This document shows, piece after piece, positions 39,950-53,522 of a stretch of DNA of 64,000 nucleotides. Source of the DNA: Octopus vulgaris (Eukaryota). Positions within the stretch are counted from its first letter, which is position 1. Each line of letters begins with the position of its first letter. The notes beneath the pieces are model-generated. The model did not search any database, was not told the DNA's origin, and saw only the letters and a program-made list of their open reading frames with translations. Position numbers and translations under genes: made by a program. The stretch lies in assembly GCA_951406725.2 (NCBI GenBank), contig OX597825.1:17484001-17548000 (forward strand), in the 5' to 3' direction.

Positions 39950-40600
39950 TACAAGTTCAAATCCGATACTATCTCACAAATCGACCCCAGTACTTATTCT
40001 TTTAAAGCTCTGTTTTTATTCTATCGGTTTCGTCTCCCGATCAGATGGTTGGAGACAAAAAGACAAAAATACACTCACACCGACAGAAAAGTATATACGA
40101 CGAGCTTCTTTCAATTTTTGTCTACTAGATCCACTTGAAAGGATTTGTGTGGAGACACATGGCCTAGTGGTTAGAGCAGCGGATTCGCGGTTGAGGGATT
40201 GCTGGTTCGAATCTCAGACCGGGCGATGTGTGTGTTTATGAGCGAAACACCTAAGCTCCACGCAGATCCGGCAGAAGGTAAGTGCGAACTACTGCCGACT
40301 CTTTCGCCACAACTTTCTCTCACTCTTTCCTCCTGCATCTTGCAGCTCCACCTGCGACGGACCGACGACCCGTCCAGGTGGGGAACATATACGCCATGGA
40401 AACCGGGAAACAGGCCCTTATGAGCCAGGCGAGGTTCGAGAAGGAACAAACTTGCAAGGATTTGGTCGATCCGAAGCTACCCCCAACACGTACAAACGTA
40501 CTCCTGCAAGGTTTATAATACACTTGCACAAGATGCTACGCAGTGGGACTGAACCCTGAAGAATGTAGTCGGAAATCAAACTTCCTACTACACATCCGCA
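39950..40600 (-). mobile_element. SINE family B interrupted by a nested SINE
   Basis: aaatcgaccccagtacttattc, cttctttcaatttttgtctac, cacttgcacaagatgctacgcagtgggactgaaccc. Confidence 0.8.
40148..40450 (+). mobile_element. tRNA-derived SINE, family C, nested, with TSD
   Basis: A box tggcctagtggtt, B box ggttcgaatctc; 3' cctgcgacggaccgacgacccgtccaggtgggg resembles the V-SINE domain; TSD cttgaaaggatttg (40134-40147) / cttgcaaggatttg (40451-40464). Confidence 0.9.
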
Positions 40601-41392
40601 TCAAATATCTGTGGAAACTATATGTGTAATTACTATATGCCTGAATTTGTCATTAAGCTAGGATCTGTTCATTTAGTATGAAATCCATGTCAGCTGGAAA
40701 ACTTGAATTAATATAGACACTAGAACAGTTAAAAATTAATATTTATGAACAAGGAATACCAGGCTACGTTTCCACTAAAACTGCAACCAATTATAAACAT
40801 AAATCTAATTTATGATGGTTTGCGGCAGAAAATATAAAATGATATACAATTATAAAGATCAGCTTCCATGTAGATTTTAGCATTTTTTAATATCTAAAAT
40901 CTTTCGGACAACTGCATGTACATCTGGTGTTTCTTCACACCTAATTGTAAATTCTGATTCGTGCCAATATTATTGGTACGCTTAGTTATGAGAGTAAATG
41001 AGTGAACGCTTAAACTGGAATAGGTAGGATGTTGAAGCAAAGAAAGTGTCCAACTAATGTGGCCACTAAAAAAAAGTAAAAGAACACCATCGGAAAGCTG
41101 ATCAGATAAAAATAAAATGAATATATCAAGAGTTCAATATATAAAAGTTATCACATTCTATTATCGAAATTGCAGTCATCCTGAGTTGAATGTCCGTTAG
41201 AATCTTGTAGAAATAATTTCGAAATTACAAAAAAAGAAAAGAAAGGAAACTGGCAAGTTTCGTATAGACATGGGAACACACAACTGCAAAGATAGACTCG
41301 CATATAATCAGAATAATAAAAGCGCGCGCGCACATATACACACGCAAAGACACACCCACGCCTGTGTGTGCGAATAAATAAATGTATAATGC

Positions 41393-41437
<45 letters not shown>

Positions 41438-41489
41438 TGAATGTATATGCACATATATAAATGTATATATATATATATTCTTATATTCA

Positions 41490-41729
41490 TTTACTTGATT
41501 GAGTCATTACACTGCGGCCATGTTGGAGCAACCTCTTGAAAGTTGTTAGTCGAAGAAATCGACCTGTGGAATGATTCTTTGTCAGCCTTTTACTTAGTCT
41601 ATCGGTCTCTTTTGCCGAACATCTATGTTACATTGTCATGAACACACCAGCTTCATTTGTCAAGCGATGGCGGGTGTTGTGGGGGGCATACACACAAATA
41701 TATACATACATACATTGAAAGACACACAC

Positions 41730-41821
<92 letters not shown>

Positions 41822-41860
41822 GACGGGCTTTTAGTTTCCACCTTCCAAATCCACAAGCAT
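41490..41860 (-). mobile_element. SINE family B with expanded internal (TA)n
   Basis: actgcggccatgttggagca, ctatcggtctcttttgccgaac, tgtcaagcgatg, acgacgggctt. Confidence 0.8.
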
Positions 41861-41947
41861 GCGTACACAAGCACACACTTCTCTGTTTCCCCTCTGTGTG
41901 TATGTGTGTAAGTCTTGCTCTCTCTCTCTCTATTTTAAAATTATACA

Positions 41948-42400
41948 TATATAATTTTAAAATAGGATAAAATCTTTATAAGAATTTATCAAGTAGTTAT
42001 CTTGAAAAAAAACCTCATAAGGAAAACATTTATTAGTTATTCCCTTTAAATACATTTATTTATATTGAGGGTATTGCTATACATAAATGCTAAGAGGGAC
42101 TCTTAAAGTCAAACTCTGTCATAATAAACACATTGTACCGAACGCGGTGTTCGTCTGGTATGTTGAACTTTTGTTCATTTTTATATGTCTTGATTATGCT
42201 TGCACTGAAGATTAAAAAGTGCATTATGTGCACTAATTATGAAAGCATATGATCTGCAGCTGAATGTGTTTTTAGGAGGCTTGCTTCGTGAGTTGCATTC
42301 CCTCACGTTCGGTGCAATGTTTATTATGGTAGGTTTTGACTTCAAGAGTCCTTACTTAAGTGAGGCATTTATGTACAGTAATGCCCTTAATATATATAAT
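41948..42400. mobile_element. Fold-back element with a central hammerhead motif
   Basis: Diverged inverted arms ~42062-42145 and ~42306-42398; TA-rich flanks. Confidence 0.7.
42200..42259 (+). ncRNA. Type I hammerhead motif
   Basis: ttgca CTGAAGA ttaaaa-agtgca-ttatg-tgcact-aattat GAAA gcatatga TC tgcag; near-palindromic stem III region. Confidence 0.55.
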
Positions 42401-42419
42401 TATATGTAAAGGGAATAAT

Positions 42420-43032
42420 TAACAAATAAAGAGCTTGATCGAGATGAGTCCCCCAAACATTTCCCAAAGCCAAAGTTGCATCAGCAAAAGTCTATGGTGA
42501 CTGCCTGGTGGTCTGCAATGGTTGTTGTTCATTACAGCTTCCGGGAAGCTAATGAGAGTATTACAGAAAAGGTTTACTGCAATCAACTGGCTGAAATGCA
42601 TGTTCACTTGAAAAAGATGAGACCTATATTGGTGAATCGGCGTAGCTCAATTGGGCTCCACAAAAATGCAAAGCCACGTGTTGCAAAAATGAGGCTGCAG
42701 AAACTCACAGACTTGGGATACGAGACTTTACCTCATACGTTTATATTCTCCTGATTTTGCACCCACTGACTACCATTTTTAAAGCATTTTAACACATTTT
42801 TAAGTGATAAAACTTCCAGGTGCAAAGCAGAGGTGGAATCAGCTTTCAAAGATTTCTTAGCATCAAAGCCAATAATTTTTTGTCAACGAGGCAGAAATAA
42901 TCTCGTTGATCGATGGCAGAGATGCATAGATGTTCAAGGCTCATACTTTGACTAATCAAAAAATTTCTATTGATAATTTTTCCAGATTAAAATTGTTTCT
43001 AAAATCGGTTATTATTTTGGGAACAACCTATT
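42420..43032 (+). pseudogene. Mariner transposase C-terminal relic with right TIR
   Basis: PKLHQQKSMVTAWW...LHKNAKPRVA...YETLPH, frameshift, YSPDFAPTDYHF...QGSYFD*; TIR cggttattattttgggaacaacctatta resembles Hsmar1/cecropia-type ends. Confidence 0.92.
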
Positions 43033-43054
43033 ACCTGAGAGGTGAGATATTAAG

Positions 43055-43545
43055 AGTTCTTTAATCTTTTATCGTTAATTTTTTCCATCATTGATGCTGG
43101 AGCATCACCTTCAAGGCCTAAGCTGTACAAAACGATTCCAGTATTTATTAAGTTAAAGCTTGTACTTAATCTGACATTTTTGCCGAATTGCAAAGTTACA
43201 GGGGCGTAAAAAGACAACACCAATTGTCGAATGATGCTGGGCGACAACCAGAAACACACACACACAAATATAAGCATACACACATATACACACATGCACA
43301 CACACACACACACAAGTATAAGCATACATACATATATTCACATGCACACACACACATACACACAGATATATATATAGATATATTTACATATAAATATGAA
43401 TATATGTTCGACGGGCTTGTTTCACTTTCACTAAGTCTACATACAATTATTATAAAAGTCACTTGATCAAGGCGCTCTGCGTGGGGACTGGATTCAAGAT
43501 TCTATGGTAGAGAACTAATTCTCTTAACCACAAAGCCACTGCTAG
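43055..43545 (-). mobile_element. SINE family B, diverged
   Basis: atgctggagca, ttttgccgaattgcaaagttacagggg, cgacgggctt, ttaaccacaaagccact. Confidence 0.7.
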
Positions 43546-44570
43546 GGTCTTTTTAAGCAAAAATTTAATAGTTCGTCTAAGTAACAGAGTTTTATAATCT
43601 CTTGCACGTAACATGTAAGAGAATCAAAAAATTACATTCATCTCTTTTTTTCATTTACCGAAATCGCTTGCCTTAACATCATCATTAATATAATACCCTA
43701 GGAAATTTAATAGTGCTGAAACCATTTGGGTAGTTGAAGAAAAGAAGAGAGAATATAGTAATAAAATGACAATAAATTACAAACAGTTATTGAAATGATG
43801 TCCATACACAATTTTTATCACTTTCATTCAACAGCAATTGCTTTTCGATATGCTATGAACACGGCATCACACTATGAAATGAACAGGGGAAATAACATCT
43901 CTCCGCTGTCGAGATGGAGACGCCATAATCCGCAAATGTTCCTTTAATACAGGGAAAATGGGTTTTGTCGAAATAAAATAGACATTTCGATATTCTACTT
44001 TGGGAATACGAAGACAAACAGCAATGGATATATCTATTTTCCCAGCTGATACAATGTTATTTTGTGGCGACTAAACAATATCATGGAGAGGGCCATTTCA
44101 TAAGCACAGTATCATATTTTAGAAAAATACTTTTCACTTACTCCGCAACAGTAAATAATTGTGAAATTACTCTTAATTCAATGTTATGATATATCATATA
44201 ATGACCATGGACGTGCTAATACATACGTTTTCGTTATGTATTTTTTCCCCGATAGAAATCATCTCCCTATGAACAACTTCATTCAACAATGCTCAGATGT
44301 TGTCTGGCTACATCATGTATGCGAGATGAATGCCTTTCCTCCGAGAATGGCTTTAGGCATTACATAACATCACTTTTTTTTTATTCTCAGTCCCAAAGCT
44401 ATTTCAGCTTCGTCTTTATCTGTTATAAATTATTCATGCTTGATTGATACATATTTCTATATCATTTATTTTGTTTTTGTTTTCTGTCGTTTGGCCATGA
44501 CGCTATGCCTCTACGTCATTTCCAAGCGTTACATCTGCTGTTTTCAACTTCTATCGAACTACTAGCATAT

Positions 44571-44700
44571 AGGCTGTGTGGTAAGAAGGTTGCTTCTCAG
44601 CCACATGGTTCCGTGTTCAGTCCGACTGCGTGGCACCTTCGGCCTGTTATTGTACCCTCGGGCCGACGAAAGAAATGTAAGTGCATTTGGTAGACAGTAT
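44571..44700 (+). mobile_element. SINE family B, 5' part
   Basis: ggctgtgtggtaagaaggttgcttctcagccacatggttccgtgttcagtccgactgcgtggcacctt. Confidence 0.8.
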
Positions 44701-44802
44701 ATATATATATGTATATATATAACAAAGTGGAGTTATGGGGTACCGCATGAGTGGAATTATATACGAAAGAAGGTTTGAACATGCAATTTAAAAGATGTTT
44801 AT

Positions 44803-44847
44803 TTACTTTACCGGTTTCACTCTTTGGAAAAAGATTGTCAAAAGTAA
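44803..44847 (-). ncRNA. Minimal type I hammerhead motif with U3-A8 core
   Basis: Minus strand: ttactt TTGACAA tcttt-ttcc-aaaga gt GAAA CCGG TA aagtaa; 6-bp stem I and palindromic ACCGGT. Confidence 0.65.
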
Positions 44848-45069
44848 CTTGTAGAAGTTTAGTTGCGTTAATTATTGTTACAAATTGCTACATTACATAT
44901 ATACAGTCTTTGGTAACAGGGACATGTTAAGGACATGTATATATATATGTGTATTATATATATATATATATGTATACATTGTATATGTATATATGTATAT
45001 GTGTATGCATTATATATGTATATGTATGGTATGTATATGTATATGTATGTGTACGTTATATATATATAT

Positions 45070-45103
<34 letters not shown>

Positions 45104-45475
45104 GTATGTATACATACATACATGCATATGTGTGTGTGTGTGTGTGTGTGCGTGCGTGCGTGTGTGTGTGTGCTAGCAATCTAGCAAGGCCTTCCCTGCG
45201 TTACCCGGATTTTATGATCTACAGTCACATTGTATTTCTTATGGGCAGAATCGATGATATATAAATAGCGTGATGGAAGTTATTTTTTGTTTAATAGTGA
45301 AGGGCGAGGGTACAATTTGCATGAGTTTGCATGAAAGTGTTTTCTGTTCTTAAGAAGGATCAGGAACCATGTATTGTTTCAGGGGTTAATGCGATTTTGT
45401 CCAGTATTCACGTTATCAAAATATTTTTCGAAACCACAATTTCTTAATTTGTAACTTATTTCGATTTTTTTTATC

Positions 45476-46380
45476 TACGAAGAAAAATACAGAGATTACG
45501 TATCTGGGGATATATATAAATATTATAGTTTAATTTCTGTTAAAGAAATAATCAATGCCCCTTCCCTCACTTGACCCATTCATCACCTACCCGCTTTCGA
45601 AAAGCTAAAATCTCCCTACCTTTCACTTTTTTCTGATGTTTCCCGCATGCGTAGAATCCTAGCGAAATATTAGACATAAAATATACTAGACCGCCAACAG
45701 AAAGCCCGGCATGCTAAAAAGAGCAGGTAAACGACATTATTTCTGAGGGAAAATCCCCGCTTTCCAAAAAGCTAAAAGTTAAACATTGCGAGTGTGTAGC
45801 TTTTTGAAAGTGCTGAGGTGAAGAGTAACATTTTTAAAGATTCGTAGTCTGTTTTTTTTTCCTATGGATTTACAGACAAAAAACAAACTGAAAAAAGCAC
45901 AAAAGTTTATTTGGTGTGAAGAGAGAGAAAATTATCATATTGAGAACGTATTTTGTGGATGAAACCCATATCTCCTGCATCGCATTCATAATAATCGGGA
46001 GAAAAAAAGGAAAAAAATATAAATGTGGGATGAGTAGGGGGCGTAAATGTCACCTCGGACATGCTAAAAAGAAGGGGTAAAGAATAGGATTTCTGGGAAC
46101 ACTTCTTTTAAGTTTATATCGATAAAGAGGGTGTCTCCGGCATTACAACCAGCCAAGAACAGTCTTCGCTACATTTGCGGTACCTGCCAGAGGGAGTGTT
46201 TGTCCAGGATAGGACTACACAGCCACAGCAGGAAATGTATCAGGACATGAAATATAAAAGCCAGACTAGACTACTTTATGCGCAACTCCATTGTCTCCCG
46301 AGACAAAAAGGATGCCAACTAAATCAACCGGAGACTTCGTTTCCGAGGTTACATTAGCTGTAAGAATGAGTTGTTTGTTC
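45476..46380. repeat. Composite repeat with internal direct and inverted units (possibly Helitron/MITE-derived)
   Basis: Repeated cccgctttc(g/c)aaaagctaaaa (~45590, ~45757) with an inverted copy at ~45797; repeated catgctaaaaaga (~45710, ~46060); inverted ends ~45476-45505 / ~45838-45860. Confidence 0.45.
46141..46320 (+). mobile_element. 3' end of an RTE-clade LINE
   Basis: 46170-46250 encodes YICGTCQRECLSRIGLHSHSRKCIRT*, the RTE C-terminal CxxC..SRIGL.SH motif, followed by a short 3' UTR. Confidence 0.85.
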
Positions 46381-47346
46381 CCAAGACACGGTTTGTTTAG
46401 TAGATTCATAATAAACAGCTTTCTTTATTATAATGCAGTTGCGCAACGTTACTTTCATTATTCACACAACGCCACTCTTTATTATTTTGGTTCAAATTGA
46501 AAGTGTGAAACTATTTTCACTTTGTAATGAAGCCACCTGCTCCTTATAGAGAAGTGTATTTCAAATAACTATAGTTGGTCGTTCAGATAACGTAGAAGTT
46601 ACGTAAATGAAGCTAAAGTTTATTTGACATGTGTAATTGATTTGATTGTTCTTAACACGAGTTGGTATGAATAGAAGCCATTTGACGACACCTTCTTGTT
46701 TGTAATTGTCTCACCTGTTGCCGGTTCAGTCAGCGAAATATTCATATGATACCCATCTTGTCAATTCCACAGAATAAAAGGATACTAGAGAGCATCATAA
46801 GAGGTATGAGTCTGTGAAACACGTCTAAGTCTGTTATCTCGAACACGAATGAGAATATCATGATTTTCATGGAGATCACCCACCATAAGGATGGCTACTT
46901 TATTAGATGTGGTCGCATTAGAAAAACGTAAAATGTTATTTACTATAGTTTACTATAGACTTAACGCAGAAGCACCCACACACTCACAGACACATACACA
47001 CTCATAGAATTGATAATATTGAAAACAGTAAAACGTACACACATGAAACCAAATGTCATCAATACAGGTGCAAAACATACATTCTGTAGCATAAAAAAAT
47101 GCAAAGTCGCCAATTTAGCCAAAGTTACTATGCGTCACCAATGTAACAAAGTACAGAAAGTCAACATTTATTTGGAACATGTACTAAATGTTATAAAATA
47201 CACGATTGAATGAATGTCACGCTGAAGAAAGTGAAAGTCCAAGAAATTTTAGAAGGCATAATTCAATTTTTCATAGAAAATTAATTTATTTTACAATTTT
47301 GAAACGAAAGCTGAACAAAGCTTATAGAAATGAATTTGCTGTTAAA

Positions 47347-47545
47347 GGCGACGGGCTGGCAGAATGGTTAGCACGCCGGGTGAAATGCTTAGCAATATTT
47401 CGTCTAATGCTACGTTCTGAGTTCAAATTACGCCGATGTCGATTTTACAATTCATCCTTCCGGGGCCGATAAATTAAGTACCAGTTACGCACTGGGATCG
47501 ATATAATCGACTTGGCTCTTTGCCCCAAATTTCAGACCTTGTGCG
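47347..47545 (+). mobile_element. SINE family A, monomeric
   Basis: ggcgacgggctggcagaatggttagcacgccgg...gagttcaaatt...ttcatccttccggggccgataaattaagtaccagtt. Confidence 0.88.
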
Positions 47546-47779
47546 CTGCTGTCGTGAACGTTAATTTAAAACATTTACGGAAGGACGTATGTTGCAAGAG
47601 ATTAATTAATTTGATATCACTATATATGTATATATTTTTCAAGTGTGTAACGTTATAGGCTGTAGAATAAACACTGACTGATGCAAATCTATTTTTTACC
47701 TCTGTTCTCCTCCGCACGTTTCATCACTGACTATTATAATTCCTCTCAGTCTCTTCTGTCTATATTTTAATTTTACCAC

Positions 47780-48245
47780 TCTTATGAATGCTTATAGTAT
47801 TTAAAATCTTCAGTATTTGCGTTCTTTAATGTCTGGATCTTTTAAAACGTTCTTAACTCCTCTCATTTGTCTACGAGGTTTCTCTATTTTCCCTGTAGCA
47901 AATTCCTTCACGCTATCTTCTTTCTGTGCGTAACTTCCTCACTCAACATGTAGGTGTTTACTCATCCGTTTCTTTGCTTTGCTTTCTATCTTATTTCTTA
48001 TTTCAGCTGATTTGTATCACACGGCGGTCCACCAATATTAATTCATCTGAAACTCGTAACAATCTTCGACCATGTTAGTCTTACACTCAATCTCCTCTCC
48101 TCACTGAAAAGGTGACCAGCTATTCAAACTACAACACTCTAATATTGCTGCTTCACTTCTTACGTTCGCCCCACCATATACAACTTGGTTTACTCCGTCA
48201 CTTTCCTCCTTTTCACGTTTGAGATTTAGGCGAATATAACTTGTC
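47780..48245 (-). pseudogene. Possible very old RTE-like RT C-terminal relic
   Basis: Weak motif traces only (e.g. RLTWSK for R..AW.KF); many stops. Confidence 0.25.
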
Positions 48246-49213
48246 CGTGAAGAAGAAATATATATATGAGACATTATATTACTTTACTCCTAGAAAACAA
48301 ATCAACTCACTGAACACTTTTACGAAATATTCATAGCAAAGGTCAACTTGAAATTTTTTTTCTATTTATTTATTTCTATGACAAATAGTTTTTGCACTGA
48401 AACTTTGAATTCTCTTCTCACGGCTCAGTAAATTATTCAATTTAGTAAATGTTTGCGATCAGTATTAACCAATGTAACATAAGTAAGCTACAACAGTATT
48501 CCCATCCAGCAGATCGTAAAACTTTATCCAGTGATCTACTACTTTATCAGATTAGAAGCGAACAACAAATACGATTCAGTACTTAACATTCGTTTTATAA
48601 GCAAATTCTTTATTTTTTTCAATCGTCATAATTTTAAACATAAAATGTAACCAAAAATACACAGGTGTTTATATAACATAATAAATATATTTTAAAATAG
48701 TTTATTGCTACTTTTATTTCAATAACTATGGTTTTATTTTATATATATGATTCTTTTAAAAATTCCTTTAAATCAGATATGTGTATGTAATCAAGCGAGA
48801 AATTCTAAAAACTAACACGATTCTGTTTTAAAAATAAATCTAAGTATTTCAGTGCTTCTATCACTTTAATAAATAACGCCTCATTTCACTTTCAATACTA
48901 AAATAAAGTAAATCACTGCACAGCATCGATTTATTCAAGAAATAAAAAATATTCATAATTATTAAACATAAACCAAAAATCTGATGAATTTTACATTTTA
49001 AATTTCGAAACATGCCTTTTCCCGAAACCATAAAAACATTAAGGTAACTACATGTCTCTCCCTCCATCACGCACACACACTCTCGGTGTCTCTCTTTCTT
49101 TCTCTTCTCTCTCTCCCCTATACTCTTTCTATTTCAGTCTTGTTCTATTTTATAATTTTTTCCATTCTATACATAGATACAGAATACATATTTAGACACT
49201 ACCCCTCCCACCC

Positions 49214-49270
<57 letters not shown>

Positions 49271-49518
49271 CAAATACTTCTTTTTGTGTATGTGTGCGCG
49301 TGCTTGTATGTGTATGTATTGCATATGTATGTTTTTATGTATACATACGTCTAAGAATGTATATAGAGCTTTGCGCTCACATATGTTATATATATATATA
49401 TATATACCCGCATACACATACATACATATTTATATATATATGTATACATACATATATATACAAACACATAAATATATTGTGTATATATATATTTATGTAT
49501 GTATACATGCATATATGT

Positions 49519-49601
<83 letters not shown>

Positions 49602-50059
49602 CCATGAGCGGATTCAATTAATGTATAAAATGTCATTTTGATTTCCGAGGCAGATTTACGATGCAGAAGCACAAATATCTTGAATTGAAAAGAAGTTTGA
49701 GAAACAAGTGAATTAAAACAATACAAAATACAATAAACTTTAGTGTCTTGTCAGAAAATATATAAGAAGTCACACAGAACTTTGCCAAATATTTAACTTT
49801 AATACGCATTGTTTATTTAATTTTCATTTCTTAATTGTTCTTAAGTATAGAGCCAGTCGTTAAATATATTTGAATCTATCCTTAAAATGATTAGGAACTT
49901 TCTAATTATATTCTTAATAAATATTTATCTCTTTGCTATAGGAATGTAAAGGTTATTTCTTCCTTTACTTAATGTCTTTTATTCTCTACGTTATATCTCT
50001 CTCTTCTACCTAACTATCTTTCTGTCTCTGACGTTCATATTTTCAAATCTCAGTCTACA

Positions 50060-50099
<40 letters not shown>

Positions 50100-51445
50100 T
50101 ATGTATGTATTTATGTATGTATCTATCTATATATCTATCTATTTATCTATCTATCTCTCTATGTATCTATATTATATCTATTCACCTCTATCTCTCTCTA
50201 TATATATGCATATACACACACAGACACGCATACATATGTAAATGTATATGTATTTATAATTTCATTGAGTATTTCTTTAACTCGTAAGCTAATAAGAAAC
50301 GGAGTCAACTCAATTAAAGTAAACTGACGTGCGCAGACAAGGATAAATTGGTAACTAAATATTGTCATATTTAATTAAGAAATCCTTTTTCATCAGAAAT
50401 ACATAGCTTCCAAATAACATTAGCTTTATGTTTTCTTATTATTTTCGCATTTTCAAGCAACAACAAAAAAAATGAAATACAACTAATTTATGGAACATTT
50501 TATGTAGAGAGACGAGAATCCATAGTGTTTTATGTTACTACTACTGAAATCTAAGAAAAAAACTTTGTAGTATATATCCCAGTTTCAGGTAAAGTCAATA
50601 CCAGCTTTGGCTATGGTTTTTGTCTACAGGTATTTCATTTGGTTTATATTATGTTCATAAAAATCCTTTCGAAATTAATGAATGCTGCCATATCTTATTT
50701 GCTTTACATTTTATGTTTCAGACCTTGGTTAACACTTATCGAAAATCCTTGAAACATATTTCAACCACAGTCCGGGCATATGTATCTTTTTCAACATAGT
50801 ATAACTAGAGGTATAAATTTGAATGTAACTGTCGTCTTCTATACTGGCATGGTATAGTATGCAGGAGACTTGAATAACATATGAAGGAAATCAACTTTTT
50901 CTTTCCAAGCCGTAAATAAACATTGTATTATTTTAACTCTGGTCGTAGAATGAAGTAATTGTTATATTCTATAAGTTATGTAGTTACTTTTGTGTATTTC
51001 ATATTTCCAACTTTGTCATCTTAAGTTTTCCTCATCTGTGATTATTGCTGTTTTTTTCGCCTCATTCAACTCTCTTTCACTGGACGTATGATAGAATATT
51101 TTGTATTAAAGCTCATCCCGTCTATCGTTTTCTGGACAAATCTACATAATAAAATAAGACCGCCTTTCATCCAAACGGTATGGTGTAGGCAATGTCATTT
51201 CATGTATGGCTTAAAACTATTTTCAGAGATTCAGATGTTCCGAAAATTGTATTTGTAGATGACACATATTGAATTCCGCTAAGCAGAATCTAATAAAGGG
51301 TTTGCTTGTTTGTGACCCTTAAACATTTTCATGCGTCAACTATAAAGTGTTCTTCTCTAAGTTGCCCCAATATGAACTTTATTAGTTTGGAAGTTCCGAG
51401 ACTCAAAACTCAATTAGAAAGCCATTTTCACCCGAGTAATTCCCA

Positions 51446-51784
51446 TCTCTCTCTATATATAAAGCTGAAGTTGTCTGTGTATGGCAGATTTGGTAGCCTT
51501 CAACTAACACTATCTCCTCCGAGACCCTGCGGCTCAAGCTGACCACAATTGAGAGTATGATAGAATTCAAATCGGACCATGTTAATACCAAAAATCATTT
51601 ACATCTATTTTTTACGAATTTTTTTAGATGCTGTGTCGCTATTTTTCGGTGTATTTCAACCAAAACAAATGTTCACTTAAAGAGAATAACACGCTAAATA
51701 ATGCAAATTTTTACTTTTCAAAAATGCCAATTTCAAAGGGTCGAAATGAAAACAAGCCAGAGCAACGCTGGGCTACACTGCTAG
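51446..51784 (+). mobile_element. Non-autonomous Helitron-like element
   Basis: 5' a|TCtctctctatatataaag; 3' imperfect GC-rich hairpin ccagagcaacgctggg followed by CTAG|t; inserted between A and T, no TSD. Confidence 0.75.
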
Positions 51785-52602
51785 TTAATATATAAACACT
51801 TCCTACGTCACTGTTTCAGTAAGTCACTGTCCTTTTTTATGACTGATTTGAAGCTACGACTAATCTATTCAGTCATTTAAATCTTTTATTCTTTCATAAT
51901 TTTCCACTTTCGCACATCACACCAACTTAGCTCTTTACATATGAAGCAGAATATTGAAAATACACTAATGAAACTATCAAGTGAAACTACTGCATAATTG
52001 ACTCGAAAAACAAATTGCAGTCGATTCACATATAAAAGAAACAGTTTTAATTGCGATACAATTACAATTCTCATAATCTACGAGGATCTCTAATGACTAT
52101 GTAAGTTAGAGTATACTGTGGCTAATAGAATGCTCATGAAATGTTGCATATTCTCTCGTTGCTTTCTATTGTTGTTTTAACATGAGACAACTGCTATTAG
52201 ATATGATTTATTAGTAAATACCATGAACGTCTCATAAATCAAAATCAGTCAGCGAAATGCAATTTTCTTTCAATGTAATCACCAAATAAAACAATCATAG
52301 ATTACATTAGATATATGTACATCTATTTATATGTATGTATGTATGTGTGTTTGTATAAATACTTATACATGTGTGTGTATTCTTTTGTAGTTCTATTCTG
52401 CTGGAGTATCATATATATATACATGTATATGTATAATATATATATACATATATATATGCATATATGTATATATATATAAATGTATGTTTATGTATATATA
52501 TATACATATATAAATATATAAATACTTTGGCATGCATGTATGCATGTATGTACGTATGTATGTAATGTATCTGTATATATAGATACACATACATACACCC
52601 AT

Positions 52603-52654
<52 letters not shown>

Positions 52655-52666
52655 ATGTGTGTGTAT

Positions 52667-52703
<37 letters not shown>

Positions 52704-52789
52704 CAGATAGATAAATAGATAAAGGTTTGGATATAGAGATAGATTGATAAACGACAGAAAACAAGAATTAATGAGTTTTTTTTTTAAAT

Positions 52790-53170
52790 TTAGAATCACT
52801 AAAATTGTTTCGACCTATTCTCGCGCATGTATTTAATAGGCGAAATATTGTCCAGACATTATCTTTTATTTCAAGTGTAGAATGCGCCTCTTTTATATGT
52901 GCTTCACTCATTAGACCTGGATGTAAATGACTAAACTGAGTGAGATGGCAAGATTATCAAACGAGGGACTCATTTAAATAATCACCTGAGGAGGTGCATA
53001 CTACACTTGAAATATACTATTATGAGTGCACAACATCTTAACTACGATTAACAGGCGTAATAATGCGTTGAAACAATTGTAGTGGTTTTACATTCAGAAT
53101 GTTATTTCTTCCATTTTCTGCTATTTATCACTTTATATGAACTCCACGGATACGATGGTATTCTTGATGT
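52790..53170. mobile_element. Diverged fold-back hammerhead element
   Basis: Left arm (aatcactaaaattgtttcgac; atttcaagtgtagaatgcgcctc) is the reverse complement of segments in 52990-53088. Confidence 0.65.
52981..53086 (+). ncRNA. Type I hammerhead motif with long stem II insert
   Basis: atcac CTGAGGA ggtgcat...atgcgtt GAAA C aatt G TA gtggt; 5-bp stem I, 7-bp stem II base, palindromic CAATTG. Confidence 0.72.
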
Positions 53171-53342
53171 ATATCTATTAGCGTATGCATTTCGATTATA
53201 TGATGATATCAGGTAGCCGATACCTGTAGAGGAGCTTTGTACAGCATACTACAAGGATTTTATCTGTGTCTCATTTAACTATACACATATAAGTATGCAT
53301 GTATATGAATACACACACCCATACACATATATATATATAGAC

Positions 53343-53522
53343 ACACTCCGTTAGTTACGAACATGTGGGACCCAGCTGACACGATCAATAGAACAGCTTG
53401 CTCTTGAAATTGACGTTTAAGTTGCTGAGCACTCCACAGACACGTGTGCTCTTAACGTAGTTCTCAGGGATATTCAGCATGGCACAATGTGTGACAAGGC
53501 CGGCCCTATGAAATACATGTAC
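53343..53522 (-). mobile_element. 3' half of SINE family D
   Basis: Reverse complement of ~54870-55050 (gctgagcactccacagacacgtgt, gtgacaaggccggccct). Confidence 0.85.

Noticed and set aside
46755-46830. TTGTCAA...GAAACACGTC hammerhead-like spacing
   Set aside because: The core has a non-permitted change and no stem I forms.
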